A stretch of DNA of 64,000 nt from Nitrospirota bacterium (GTDB lineage Bacteria > Nitrospirota > UBA9217). The notes below the pieces were generated by a model that did no database searches, was not told the origin of the DNA, and worked only from the letters and a program-made list of their open reading frames with translations. The position numbers were made by a program, and so were the translations under genes. Positions 11,794 through 25,353 of the stretch are shown in pieces (within the stretch, counting starts at the first letter, position 1; each line of letters starts with the position of its first letter). Location of the stretch: positions 1-64,000 of the forward strand of contig CAVUHW010000034.1 of assembly GCA_963741205.1 (NCBI GenBank), in the 5' to 3' direction.

Positions 11794-13065
11794 ATGCCGA
11801 TGTTCATACTGCTCTTTATCTATCTTCTCGCTTCGGATTCCGCTCCTGGCTTCTTTCCTTGAACCTGAGGCATCTGAAGGCTCATGGAAAGACCGTGCCA
11901 CCTGAATTCGCGGGCGTGATCGACCCTGAACGCCTGGGCAGGATATCGGCATATACGCTCGAGAAAAGCAGGCTCGGCATCGTCGAGTCCGCTCTCGGCA
12001 GCGTGGTCATGGTCGTGTTTTTCTTCGGCGGCGTCCTCGGCGCTTACGACCGCTGGATCGGATCGATGACGGGATCTTTTCTATCGGGCGGCTCCTTTTT
12101 TTTCTGCTCCTGCTGTACGCGGAAACGCTCCTCGACGTTCCCTTCAGCCTCTACAAAAATTTCCGGATCGAAAACAGGTACGGCTTCAATACCATGTCCT
12201 TGCGCCTCTGGTCCACCGACCTGGTCAAGTCAGCCGTCATTTCATCGGTCCTGGGAGGGGTGGTCATAGCGGGGGCCCTTGTCCTCGTCCAGAGAGCCCT
12301 CTCTGGTGGTGGCTCTGGGTCTGGGCATTTTTCCTGGTCTTCGGCATTTTCGTCATGTACCTTTCCCCCTATGTGATCGAGCCGCTCTTTTTCAAGTTTG
12401 AACCGCTCAAAGCGGAGGGACTTGAGGACAAGGTCCGGCAGCTCATGGAACGCGCGGGACTCAAGGTAAGCCGCGTATTCCAGGTGGACGCCTCGCGCAG
12501 AAGCCGGCACTCGAACGCCTATTTCACCGGCATCGGCAGGGTAAAACGCATCGTTCTCTTCGATACCCTCATCGAGCAGATGTCGCAGGACGAGATCCTC
12601 GCGGTCCTTGCTCACGAGGTCGGACACTGGAAAAAACGGCATGTGCTGAAAGGCATCGTGCTTTCCGAAGCGCTGGCATTTTTCGGCCTCTTCCTCGCGT
12701 ATCAGCTCGTCTCCTGGGACGGGCTGCCCCGTTTGACGGGCCTTTCCGAGGCGTCGTTCTATGCGAGGGCGGTCATTCTCGGCTTTGTCGGCTCCCTGGC
12801 TGTGTTCCCGCTCACCCCGCTCTTCAGCTACCTGTCCAGGAGATATGAGGGTGAGGCGGACCGGTTCGCCTCCGAATTGACGCGTAGGCCGGAGGCGATG
12901 GCATCCGCCCTGGTGAAACTGTCGAGCGAAAATCTTTCCAATCTCCATCCCCACCCGCTCTATGCGAAGTTCTACTATTCTCATCCCCCCGTGGTGGAGA
13001 GGATCAGGAAGTTGATGGCAGGAGCCGGAAGCCAGGAGCCGGGAGTCAGAAGAGAGGAAAAGTGA
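11794..13065 (+). CDS. M48 (Ste24-like) zinc metalloprotease (frameshifted)
   Basis: NAYFTG, HEVGH, E.EAD and YYSHPP motifs. Confidence 0.9.
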
Positions 13066-13180
13066 TGCGAAGGGCCGTCTTCTTTCTCTGCTTCTTTCCG
13101 CCTCCTGCATCCTGGCTGCTGAATTCTGTCCAACCACTTTCCCATTGACCACCGTCGCCTTATTGTGATATTTTTAGCCC

Positions 13181-14464
13181 ATGGAAAACACGAACGAACT
13201 ATCGCGCCTGCAGGAAAAACTGAAGCGGATGCGCACCCTCATAGAGGTGAACGCCCTCATCAGCTCCTCGCTGGACCTCGACACCATCCTCGAGAACGTC
13301 ATGACGATCTCGAAAAAAGTGATGAACGCCGACGCATCGAGCCTTATGCGCATCGATGAGAAGACCAACGAACTGATCTACCAGGTGGCCCAGGGCAAGG
13401 TCGGCGAGAAACTGAAGCAGGAGTTCCGGCTCAAGATGGGGCAGGGGATAGCCGGGACCGTGGCCCAGGAGGGAAAGCCGCTTCTCCTGGAGGACGCCTA
13501 CACCCATCCGAAATTCCATCGCGCCCACGATGACGCTACCGGCTACCGCACGAAGTCGATGATCACCGTTCCGCTCAAGGTTGCGGGCCGGGTGACCGGC
13601 GTGGCCCAGGTGATCAACCGGCTCGACGGGAAGCCCTTTGACAAGGATGACCTGGAGCTGTTCATCTCGCTGTCCAGCATGGCCGCCATCGCCCTTGAAA
13701 ACGCCAAGATGCACCAGAGCCTGATGGAGAAGCAACGGCTGGTGAAGGACATGGAGTTCGCGCGCACGGTGCAGGAAAGCTTTCTGCCGCAGAAGCCGCC
13801 GGAGGTGCAGAGCTACAGTTTCAGCGCGCATTATACGCCCGCCCTGGAGGTCGGCGGAGATTTCTACGATTTTATCCACCTGGACAAAAAACGGACGGGC
13901 ATCGTGATCGGCGACGTCTCAGGCAAAGGGGTTCCCGCCGCGCTCTACATGGCGAAGCTGGGAAGCGATATGCGGACGCTTGCCTTCACCGAGCGGTCTC
14001 CGGCAGAGGCGCTGGTAAAGCTGAACGATCTCCTTGCCGAGCGAAGCAGGCGGGGTATGTTTGCCACGCTGCTTTATCTCGAGCTCGATTCCGCGAGCGG
14101 CACGCTGACCATATCCAACGCCGGACATCTTCCTCCGATCATCAAGAGGGGCGATGGATCGCTGGTCAAGCTCGCGACGGCGGGCGGCGCGCCGCTGGGG
14201 ATGGTCCCCGGCATGAAGTTCGGGCAGGAAACCGCTAAGCTCGATCGCGGCGACACCGTGATCCTGTATACCGACGGCATCATCGAATCCATGAACGCCA
14301 AGGAAGAATTGTACGGGTATGGCCGGTTCGAGGCCCTTATAAAAAAGAGCCCCGCGGACCCCGATGCCCTCAAGACCGCCATTATCGAGGACGTGAACCG
14401 GTTCACCGGTCTTTCCGCTCAGCATGACGATATGACCCTGGTCTGTTTCGGGGCGGTAAAGTGA
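13181..14464 (+). CDS. GAF + PP2C (SpoIIE/RsbU-type) phosphatase
   Basis: GAF domain, then VGGDFYD, GDVSGKG, NAGH, YTDG, DDMT. Confidence 0.93.
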   Translation: MENTNELSRLQEKLKRMRTLIEVNALISSSLDLDTILENVMTISKKVMNADASSLMRIDEKTNELIYQVAQGKVGEKLKQEFRLKMGQGIAGTVAQEGKPLLLEDAYTHPKFHRAHDDATGYRTKSMITVPLKVAGRVTGVAQVINRLDGKPFDKDDLELFISLSSMAAIALENAKMHQSLMEKQRLVKDMEFARTVQESFLPQKPPEVQSYSFSAHYTPALEVGGDFYDFIHLDKKRTGIVIGDVSGKGVPAALYMAKLGSDMRTLAFTERSPAEALVKLNDLLAERSRRGMFATLLYLELDSASGTLTISNAGHLPPIIKRGDGSLVKLATAGGAPLGMVPGMKFGQETAKLDRGDTVILYTDGIIESMNAKEELYGYGRFEALIKKSPADPDALKTAIIEDVNRFTGLSAQHDDMTLVCFGAVK

Positions 14465-14562
14465 CAGAGGACAGAGGACAGCGGAGGGACCCCCGACAGG
14501 AGCATTCGGGGGCAGGCTTGGGACGAGGGACGAAGGACGAAAAGAGCCATCAAGCGGAAACG

Positions 14563-14958
14563 ATGACGCTGACTGTTCCGAGCCATCCAAAATATCTGTA
14601 CGTGATACGAAGCGCGGTGTATCCCGTCGTGCTCGATGCGGGATTTTCCCGAAAAGAGGCGCGCCGGATCGTGCTCGCCCTCGACGAAGCCTGTTCCAAC
14701 ATCATCAAATACGCGTACGAAGGGGACCCTGCCCAACTCATCAACGTGAGCATAACAGTCGAGCAGGACAGGCTTCACGTCCAGCTGACGGACACGGGCA
14801 GGAAACCGGATGTTTCAACCATCACGCCCCGCAGGCTCGACGATATCCGTCCGGGCGGACTGGGGACGCATTTCATCGCGTCGGTTTTCGATTCCGTCGT
14901 CTACGATACAAGCAGGGAGAGGGGAACCGTCCTGACCCTGGTGAAGGAACGACGCTAA
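14563..14958 (+). CDS. RsbW-like anti-sigma factor Ser/Thr kinase
   Basis: LALDEACSNIIKYAY, D.G and GGLG HATPase motifs; start chosen downstream of an intergenic repeat. Confidence 0.88.
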   Translation: MTLTVPSHPKYLYVIRSAVYPVVLDAGFSRKEARRIVLALDEACSNIIKYAYEGDPAQLINVSITVEQDRLHVQLTDTGRKPDVSTITPRRLDDIRPGGLGTHFIASVFDSVVYDTSRERGTVLTLVKERR

Positions 14959-14981
14959 TCAGCACACGAGGAGGTTATGCG

Positions 14982-15329
14982 ATGAAAGTCGAGATTACGA
15001 CCGAAAAAGTCAATGCAGGCGTTCTCCTGAAGCTGAAGGGAGACGTGGACATGAACTCGTCGTCGGACGTCAGAAATGCGCTCGCCGCGGTCTTTAAACA
15101 GGCCTCTCCGGCCATGAAGGCGGTCCTCATCGACCTTTCCCAGGTGAGGTACATGGACAGCTCGGGCATCGCCACGCTCGTGGAGTGCATGCAGAACTGC
15201 ATGAAAGCAGGAGCGCGTCTCAGACTCTGTGACCTCAGTCCGTCGGTCAGGGACGTGTTTGAGCTGGCGCGGCTGGCGAGCATATTCGAAATATTCCCGA
15301 CGGTCAACGAGGCTTCGGCGGGACTGTGA
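14982..15329 (+). CDS. STAS anti-anti-sigma factor (RsbV-like)
   Basis: LKGDVD..DLSQVRYMDSSGIA with the conserved phosphoserine site. Confidence 0.92.
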   Translation: MKVEITTEKVNAGVLLKLKGDVDMNSSSDVRNALAAVFKQASPAMKAVLIDLSQVRYMDSSGIATLVECMQNCMKAGARLRLCDLSPSVRDVFELARLASIFEIFPTVNEASAGL

Positions 15330-15331
15330 TA

Positions 15332-15462
15332 CAATTGCGGATTGCCGATTTCGGATTGCCCCTCACCGAAGCCTCTCCCGAACGGGAGAGGGGGGCTATA
15401 AAGGTATCCTCTCCCATCAGGGGAGAGGACTCAAGGTGAGGAGTGTCAAAAATCCGCAATTG
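15332..15462. repeat. nested palindromic repeat: CAATTGCGGATT..AATCCGCAATTG enclosing a CCCTCACC..CTCTCCC..GGGAGAGG..GGTGAGG element
   Basis: Inverted arms seen directly; inner element recurs at 16290-16376. Confidence 0.7.
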
Positions 15463-15477
15463 ACTGCGGGGTCATCA

Positions 15478-16266
15478 GTGCGGAATCTCTTCGGCTACCT
15501 GGGCAGGACCTTCATCGGCTTCCTGCAGACGCTTTCGAGCCTGTATTACCTGTTTCAGGAAACGCTCGTCCAGTCCTTCGTCCTTCTCACCGACCGGAGG
15601 AAACGCACACAGGCCGGCATTCTCGCGCAGGTAAACGAGATCGGGACACAATCACTGCCGCTGGTTCTGGCGGTCGCTGCGCTTCTGGGCATCGCCCTGA
15701 CCGTACTCATTTCCTTTCAACTCAAGGAGATCGGCGGCTATAACTATATACCGGGCTTCGTTGCATTGGCCGTTGCACGAGAGATGGGGCCACTCATCAC
15801 CGCCCTGATTATCGCGGGAAGGGTGGGGGCGGCCTTTACCGCCCGGATCGGAACGATGAAGGTGTCCGAAGAGATCCTGGCGCTCGAGACCATGGCGATC
15901 AACCCCGTCCGGTTCCTCGTCGTTCAACGCTTTATCGGCCTGCTGATTTCGCTTCCGGCGCTCACCCTGCTCGCCGGCTTTACCGCGCTCTTCGGCGGAT
16001 TTCTCTTCGGTTCAGCCAGGCTCGGCATTCGGACGGACACCTACCTGCGCGAGACGCTGGATGTCCTGATTTTCAAGGATGTCTATTCCGGTATTATCAA
16101 GGCGGCGGTATTTGCCGTCGTTATCGTCATGATCGGGTGCTACCGCGGACTCGTCGTAGAAGGCGGAGCGGAAGACGTGGGCAAGGCCACGATGCTTTCA
16201 GTGGTCTCCTCCACGCTGGCGATCATCGTCCTCGATACGTTCATGACGACGGCGTTTTACGGATGA
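15478..16266 (+). CDS. mlaE: MlaE-family ABC permease
   Basis: REMGPLITALIIAGRVG..ARIGTMKVSEEILALE, GGAEDVGKAT. Confidence 0.92.
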   Translation: MRNLFGYLGRTFIGFLQTLSSLYYLFQETLVQSFVLLTDRRKRTQAGILAQVNEIGTQSLPLVLAVAALLGIALTVLISFQLKEIGGYNYIPGFVALAVAREMGPLITALIIAGRVGAAFTARIGTMKVSEEILALETMAINPVRFLVVQRFIGLLISLPALTLLAGFTALFGGFLFGSARLGIRTDTYLRETLDVLIFKDVYSGIIKAAVFAVVIVMIGCYRGLVVEGGAEDVGKATMLSVVSSTLAIIVLDTFMTTAFYG

Positions 16267-16289
16267 CGGGTAAGACAGATGAACATACC

Positions 16290-16376
16290 CGCCTCACCCT
16301 GGCCCTCTCCCCCACGGGAGAGGGAGGTCCTCGTGTTGCCTCTCCCCTTCAGGGAGAGAGGATTAAGGTGAGGGGT
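16290..16376. repeat. palindromic repeat CCTCACCCTGGCCCTCTCCC..GGGAGAGAGG..GGTGAGG
   Basis: Same family as the inner element at 15359-15442. Confidence 0.65.
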
Positions 16377-16405
16377 GGTCCTAAGGTTGACTGCGACAGA
16401 TACTT

Positions 16406-17190
16406 ATGATCCGTACACAAGACATCAAAAAGGTCTTCGGCGGCCGCAAGGTGCTCGACGGGGTCAATTTTACCGCCGAGCGGAAGAAGATCACCTATAT
16501 ATTCGGCACGAGCGGCGGCGGCAAGAGCACCCTCCTCAAGATCCTGATCGGCGCGTTGAAGCCGGATTCCGGCGAGGTATTTTTCGGTGATACGGACATC
16601 ACCGGTCTCCGCGGGAGGACCTGGACCCGTTCCGCAAAAAGATCGGCATGCTGTTTCAGCACGGCGCGCTGCTCAATTCTCTGACCGTAGGCGAGAACAT
16701 CGCACTTCCGATCAAGGAGAATACGAACCTGGACGACAATATCATCAAGATCATGGTGAAGATGAAGCTGGAGCTGGTGGGCCTCCGCGATTTCGAGTAC
16801 CTCCTCCCGGGCCAGTTGTCCGGGGGGATGCAAAAGCGGGTGGCGCTCGCCCGCGCCCTGGCGCTCGATCCCGAGGTCGTGTTTTTCGACGAACCGACAT
16901 CGGGCCTCGATCCCATTGTTGCGGCGGTCATCACGAAACTGATCTCCGATCTCAACCGGGTGCTGGGCATTACCTGCATCGTCGTCACTCACGCGGTCGA
17001 GGAGGCGATGCGGATCGCCGACAAGATCGTCATCCTCTACCGGGGTACGGTGCTCGCGGAGGGCACGCCGCAGGAGATCAGGGAAAGCCCGGACCCCGTT
17101 GTGCAGCAGTTCATCACGGGAAGTCCCGACGGGCCGATCTCGTTCCACGCGTCGAGCAAGGATTTCCGGGAAGATCTGATGATGGGATGA
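16406..17190 (+). CDS. mlaF: MlaF-family ABC ATPase (frameshift near 16615)
   Basis: GTSGGGKST Walker A, LSGGMQKRVALARA, FDEPTSGLDP. Confidence 0.9.
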
Positions 17191-17215
17191 TTCGAGTCGG
17201 AACGCGGGGATAGCC

Positions 17216-17304
17216 GTCATTCCCGAACTCCTCTAACGGGAATCCAGTGTCTATGATTTCCTGTCTTTAAAAAGTCCCTGGATTCCCGCTTTCGCGGGAA
17301 TGAC
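17216..17304. repeat. REP-like GTCATTCCCG..GGAATCCA..TGGATTCCCGCTTTCGCGGGAATGAC element
   Basis: Palindromic; related copies at 20223, 32864, 38799, 58866. Confidence 0.75.
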
Positions 17305-17339
17305 ATGGAAATAATTTATAGTGCAGCTGGAGGCTGCCT

Positions 17340-18202
17340 ATGGAATATAAACGCAGTGAAATAGGGGCGGGCATATTTCTGCTGGTCTCTTTTGCCATCC
17401 TCGCCGTCATGATATTCGCGGTGAGCGACATCCAGAGCCTTTTTAAAAAGAAAAAAGAGATCAAGGTCCTGTTCCGGTACAGCGACGGGATCGAAAAGAA
17501 CGCACAGGTCCGTCTCTCGGGCATCAGGGTCGGAACCGTGGCCGATGTCCGCGTTGCCCCGGAGCAAGGCGACAAGATAGAGCTGACGCTCAGCATATTC
17601 AGCGATACCGTCATCAAGGAGGACACGAAGGCCGCCATCAAGACGCTGGGCCTGGTGGGCGGAAAGTACGTGGAATTGACCGGGGGTTCGCCTCACGCAC
17701 GGGTCCTCAAGCCGGGAGAGATGCTGGTCGGCGAGGAATCATTTAAACTGGAAGACCTGACGAAAGCGGGATTGGAGGTTGTCGGGAAGCTCACGAATAT
17801 CGCAAACAACCTGGACCGCATGCTCGGCGATCCGGCCCTCTCGAAATCGATCCACGCGTCGATCCAGAACGTCCAGGAGGCCACGGCGAACATCAAGGTG
17901 ATGACGTCGGGCAAGGGCCAATCGCCCAGGGGCTCGAAGATCTGCCGGAGTTGATGAAAAAGCTGGATGCGACGGCGGCGAACCTCGAGACGATCACCGG
18001 CAAGGTGGACGGGCTCATGGGCAAGACCGATGCGATTGCAGACAAGACCGACGCACTCGTTGGCAAGACTGACGCACTTGTGGACGAAAACAGAAAGAAC
18101 ATCGATGAGATGCTCGAGAGCTTCAAGGACACGGCGAAAAACCTGAAAGAGTTGACGGATGATGTGAAAAAAAATCCCTGGAAGCTGATCAGGAAACCGT
18201 GA
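17340..18202 (+). CDS. mlaD: MlaD/MCE family protein (frameshift near 17920)
   Basis: N-terminal TM helix, VRLSGIRVGTV, GLVGGKYVEL, C-terminal NPWKLI. Confidence 0.88.
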
Positions 18203-18280
18203 TTCTATTTTGGATTGCGGAATGCGGATTGAACTGACATCCGCGCATTCCCCCTGCTAGGCGCGTGGGCCAGGAGGGGG

Positions 18281-18724
18281 TCAAGCGGATGGTTTCGGGT
18301 GCGTTGGGTTTTTTTCCGAAGTGCCCTGATGATCAATATAATTGCGAATGACGTCCAGGGTGACATTACCAACACTGCCGACGTAATATGCTCTGTGCCA
18401 CAGAACAGGCTTCCAGTAGAATTTATTTATGTGGTCGGAATATACACGGCGAAGACGCTTCGAACTGGCCGATTTCAGATTGTTTACCAAATACGAAATA
18501 TCAAGGGCAGGATGTATGTCGACAAGAAGATGCACATGATCCTCTTCGCCGCCAAACTCTATAAGACTGCACCGCCAACCGGAAAGGATCTCCGTAAAGG
18601 CAGATCGTAAATATTCGAGCATGTCTCCGGTAAGCACCTTTCTCCGGTATTTTGTCACGAATACTATGTGTAGCCTGATTAGATATACAGCATGAGACAA
18701 TGATTTATTTGGTTGATTTCCCAT
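18281..18724 (-). CDS. tnpA: IS200-like Y1 transposase TnpA
   Basis: HIVFVTKYRR, DHVHLL (HUH motif), catalytic Tyr in 'NYIDHQ'. Confidence 0.95.
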   Translation of the reverse strand: MGNQPNKSLSHAVYLIRLHIVFVTKYRRKVLTGDMLEYLRSAFTEILSGWRCSLIEFGGEEDHVHLLVDIHPALDISYLVNNLKSASSKRLRRVYSDHINKFYWKPVLWHRAYYVGSVGNVTLDVIRNYIDHQGTSEKNPTHPKPSA

Positions 18725-18747
18725 GCAACCTAATATACAATAGTCTT

Positions 18748-20198
18748 ATGGCACTGTCAAGCGGCGTAAAATTCAGGTGCTATCCTACGGCTGCGCAGGC
18801 GAATGCGCTGTCGGCATGGATGGGCTGCCAGAGGTTCATTTACAACGCCAAGGTGGGAGAATCCCGGTATTTCAGTAAATTCCGGGACAAGACACTGTCT
18901 TGTACCGGCATCGACGTGCCTGTCGACCAGCAGTATGCGCAATTCAAAGACAGGGACATGACCCCGTTCCTTTATGAGGTGCCGTCTCAGATTCTTCGTA
19001 ACGGAGCGACCAGGTTCATGGGAGCTTACAAACGGTTCCGATCAGGACTCGCGGGCAGGCCTACTTTTAAGAAGACCATGGTCGGCAGGCTGTATGGATA
19101 ACGAGTGAACTGTTCCGGTTTAAGACAACAGGTCGTACAAGAAAGCAGAAAGACAAGACCATCTACGATCACGACCTTATTATGGGCCGGGGAAAACACT
19201 TTCTCGGGACGCTCAGGTTTAAAGCGCACACCGAATACAATCTCCCTTCAACGATTACCGTTTCGCGCGAAAGCGGGAAGTGGTACGTATCGTTTTCTTA
19301 TGAGAAGGCCGGCGCGGAAGTGCCTGAGGTGGAACTGATCGAGCTGTACGGCGGGATGCCGAAAGAAGAACTTGATCTCATAACCATAGGGCTCGATCGT
19401 GGTGTGAATATCCCAACTGCGTCCAGCATCGGTGACAAGTACGAATTTAAAGCGGTAGAGATCCTACGGCTCGACAGGAAAGAGCGCCGGTGCAAGCGTT
19501 ATCAGCGTCAAATGGCAAGGAGAACGAAGAGGTCCGGGAGGTGGAGGCGGTCGCTTGGGGAATCAACGAAAAGCACTGCCTATGCGGCCAACGTACGGCA
19601 TAATTTTGCGCATCAGGCCAGCAGAAAAATCGTGGATAGCCGCATGGAAATCATCGTGTTCGAGGACCTCAAGGTAAAGAATATGACCTCGAAGCCAAAG
19701 CCGAAGCGAGGAAAGAACGGCACGTATCAACCGAATGGCGCCAGGGCAAAGGCGGGGCTCAATAAGGCCATCCTTGATTCGGCGTGGGGCAAGGTCAAGC
19801 TATTTACCACGTATAAAGCTCAAAGACTCAATAAACTTGTGTTGGCAATAAATCCCCATGGCACATCGCAGGAGTGTTCCCGATGCGGGCACACTCACCC
19901 GGACAACCGCCTGTCGCAGGCGATGTTCGAATGTTTAGACTGCGGATTTACGGAGAACGCCGACGTAAACGCTGCCCGCGTCATTAAAACGCGCGGGATA
20001 CAAAAGCTTATCGATGGCGAAATCACCGTAAAAGAAAAAAAGCGGGCCATGCGGTTAAAGAAAAAGTCATCACTAGGGCAGGAACTGCCCGATGTTATGC
20101 GCGGGGAGAAGCATGTAAGACGGGATAAGAGCATACCTCTTGTCCCGCAATCTTCTGAGAACCGTGAAACCCCCACTACAATTGTTCATACAATTTAG
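18748..20198 (+). CDS. tnpB: TnpB RNA-guided endonuclease (frameshifts near 19080-19180)
   Basis: N-terminal 'KFRCYPT..CQRFIYN'; RuvC GLDRG, VFEDL, NADVNAA; Zn finger CSRC/CLDC. Confidence 0.92.
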
Positions 20199-20233
20199 TG
20201 GCGGGTAATTCATAGAAGAGGTGTCATTCCCGA
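20060..20233 (+). ncRNA. predicted omega/reRNA overlapping the tnpB 3' end, plus flanking guide
   Basis: Inferred from known TnpB biology; 3' region conserved with copy 2; 5' boundary approximate. Confidence 0.45.
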
Positions 20234-20308
20234 AGACTTAATCGGGAATACGGTTTTCGCTCGAGGGAAAACAAAACCAGATCCCCGATAAAAGCATTCG
20301 GGGATGAC
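20223..20308. repeat. REP-like GTCATTCCCG..CGGGGATGAC element
   Basis: Inverted ends; same family as 17216. Confidence 0.65.
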
Positions 20309-20332
20309 AGGGGTATGAGAGGGGAAGTTTGT

Positions 20333-21580
20333 ATGGCGATTCAAGCGATCAAAGGCGTGAAAGATATCCTGCCGGCTGATATGCCGGCGTGGCAGCGGAT
20401 GGAGGCCACGGCCCGAAAGCTGTTCGAGGATTACGGCTTTTCAGAGATCCGCGTGCCTATTTTCGAATACACCGAGCTGTTCGCCAGAAGCATCGGGGCC
20501 TCGACGGACATCGTCGAAAAAGAGATGTATACCTTCGAGGACCGCGACGGCAAAAAGATCACCCTCCGGCCGGAAGGGACCGCGGGAGTCGTGCGCGCCT
20601 TCATAGAGCACAAGCTGTATGCCGAGGCCCCGCTCGTCAAGCTCTATTACCTGGGGCCCATGTTCAGGCATGAGCGGCCGCAGAAGGGGAGGTACCGCCA
20701 GTTTTACCAGATCGGCGTCGAGGCCCTCGGCACCGATCATCCCTACGTCGATATCGAGGTCCTGGCAATGCTCCATGCCCTCTTCGCGAGGCTCGGCATC
20801 AGCGGCCTCAGCCTCCAGATAAATTCCCTGGGAGACAGCGCATGCAGGGGCGCATACCGGGATGCGCTCAAAAAGTATCTCTCGGACAAGCTGCCGACAC
20901 TGTGCGCTGACTGCCGAAGGCGATATGAAACCAATCCGCTCCGCGTCCTGGACTGCAAGGTGGACGCGGACAAGTTCTCCGATTCTCCGGTCATGCTGGA
21001 TCATCTGTGCGGCCCCTGCAAATCGCATTTCGATACCGTAGAAAACGGGCTGAAACAGCTGGGCATACCCTTCGAAATCAATCCCCGGCTGGTGCGCGGC
21101 CTCGACTACTATACCCGTACGACCTTCGAACTCGTCATGGGGCACATGGGAGCGCAAAATACCGTGGCCGCGGGCGGCAGATACGACGGCCTCGTGGAGG
21201 AGATCGGGGGACCGCCGACGCCCGGAATCGGTTTTGCCCTCGGCGTCGAGCGGGCGATATCGCTCATGGATGCGAGCGAACTGCAGGCCTCGCGGCCGTC
21301 GTTGTTCATCGCAGCGCTGGGCCCCGAGGCGGCTGCTGCCGCCCTTCCCCTCATTCACGGCCTCAAGTCCTCGGGCATCCGGGTCGAAACGGATTATGCG
21401 GGCGGCAGCCTCAAGAGCCAGATGAAGAAGGCTGACAAGTCGGGCGCCGGTCAAACGCTGATCATCGGAGAGCAGGAGATGAAGGAGGGAAAGGCCGTCC
21501 TCCGCAACATGCAGACCAAGGAGCAGGTCTTCGTCTCTCTTACCGGCGTACTCGAAACGCTGAAATCAAAATTATCTTAG
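20333..21580 (+). CDS. hisS: histidine--tRNA ligase
   Basis: KEMYTF, LRPEGTA, FRHERPQKGRYRQF, LVRGLDYY, GGRYDGL. Confidence 0.98.
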   Translation: MAIQAIKGVKDILPADMPAWQRMEATARKLFEDYGFSEIRVPIFEYTELFARSIGASTDIVEKEMYTFEDRDGKKITLRPEGTAGVVRAFIEHKLYAEAPLVKLYYLGPMFRHERPQKGRYRQFYQIGVEALGTDHPYVDIEVLAMLHALFARLGISGLSLQINSLGDSACRGAYRDALKKYLSDKLPTLCADCRRRYETNPLRVLDCKVDADKFSDSPVMLDHLCGPCKSHFDTVENGLKQLGIPFEINPRLVRGLDYYTRTTFELVMGHMGAQNTVAAGGRYDGLVEEIGGPPTPGIGFALGVERAISLMDASELQASRPSLFIAALGPEAAAAALPLIHGLKSSGIRVETDYAGGSLKSQMKKADKSGAGQTLIIGEQEMKEGKAVLRNMQTKEQVFVSLTGVLETLKSKLS

Positions 21581-21589
21581 GGATTTTTC

Positions 21590-22069
21590 ATGAAAGTTGG
21601 CGTGCTCTCCGATACCCATGTGCCGTCCATTGTCCTGTCGCTTCCTCCCGTGATCTTCGATATCTTCAAGGGCGTCGAGCTGATTCTGCACGCAGGCGAC
21701 ATTGTCGAGTTGTCGGTGCTGGATGAACTCAGGACAATCGCGCCGGTGGAGGCCGTTGCGGGAAACATGGATGATTCGGAAGTCCACGCCAGGCTCCCGC
21801 ACAAGAAGATCATGATGCTCGGCCGGTATCGGGTCGGGCTTATTCACGGCAAGTATAAGATCGACGTGCAGAAGGAGATGATCAGGAAGGAGTTCGACCG
21901 TGTCGACCTGATCGTGTACGGACATTCCCACACCCCGTTCTGGGGACAGGTAGACGGCGTTTATTTTTTAAACCCCGGCAGCCCGACGGACAAACGATAT
22001 GCGCCTTATAATTCGGTCGCCATCCTCGAGATGGGACAAGAGCTGAGCGCTGAGTTCATCAGGATCTGA
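21590..22069 (+). CDS. YfcE-like metallophosphoesterase
   Basis: SDTH, HAGD, GNMD, GHSH, NPGS. Confidence 0.92.
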   Translation: MKVGVLSDTHVPSIVLSLPPVIFDIFKGVELILHAGDIVELSVLDELRTIAPVEAVAGNMDDSEVHARLPHKKIMMLGRYRVGLIHGKYKIDVQKEMIRKEFDRVDLIVYGHSHTPFWGQVDGVYFLNPGSPTDKRYAPYNSVAILEMGQELSAEFIRI

Positions 22070-22132
22070 CATCGAATAAAATCGTTTTAAAAGTTGCAAA
22101 GGCAGCAGCTTTGTGATAAATTCCGAACAACT

Positions 22133-24960
<2,828 letters not shown>

Positions 24961-24973
24961 TACCTGGCTTTCC

Positions 24974-25020
24974 AAAGCCGGAGACCGGAGGACGCCTCTG
25001 GTTCTCCGGCTTTTTGTTTT
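24974..25020 (+). terminator. intrinsic terminator after eno
   Basis: AAAGCCGGAGACCGGAGG/CCTCTGGTTCTCCGGCTTT hairpin plus T run. Confidence 0.75.
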
Positions 25021-25059
25021 GAAACATAGAAACAATGTAATATTAAGGAGGTAACTCAG

Positions 25060-25332
25060 ATGAAAAAAATCGGGGCTGAAATAACGGTATTTTGTTCTTT
25101 GCTTGTTGCTCTTTCAGGATGCAGCGCCGGCGCAAGTACGGCAAGTGTGATAAACGCAGGCGTTGCCAAAGATATAAATTTGATTTCTTCAACGTCCGGA
25201 ACAGCAGTTTTATCGTATCAAAATGTTACAAGTGAAATCGGAATAAATGGCACGGCGGTATCCTTTGAAGACACGAATACCGGAAAGCAGGTCGTTCTTG
25301 TTAATGTCCCTGTCTCGATAACTGCACGATAA
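25060..25332 (+). CDS. small AT-rich hypothetical lipoprotein
   Basis: AAGGAGG RBS; lipobox LSGC. Confidence 0.6.
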   Translation: MKKIGAEITVFCSLLVALSGCSAGASTASVINAGVAKDINLISSTSGTAVLSYQNVTSEIGINGTAVSFEDTNTGKQVVLVNVPVSITAR

Positions 25333-25353
25333 ATGAGACGGGAAAAGTTGCAG

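Larger units (their letters stand above)
18234..20213 (+). mobile_element. IS200/IS605-family element (divergent tnpA + tnpB)
   Basis: LE hairpin 18250-18280 preceded by CATT guide and TTGAA flank; RE hairpin 20170-20205 preceded by GAAA and ending TCAT. Confidence 0.88.

Noticed and set aside
18010-18090. Short KTDA repeats in mlaD
   Set aside because: Ordinary heptad repeats of the MCE helical stalk
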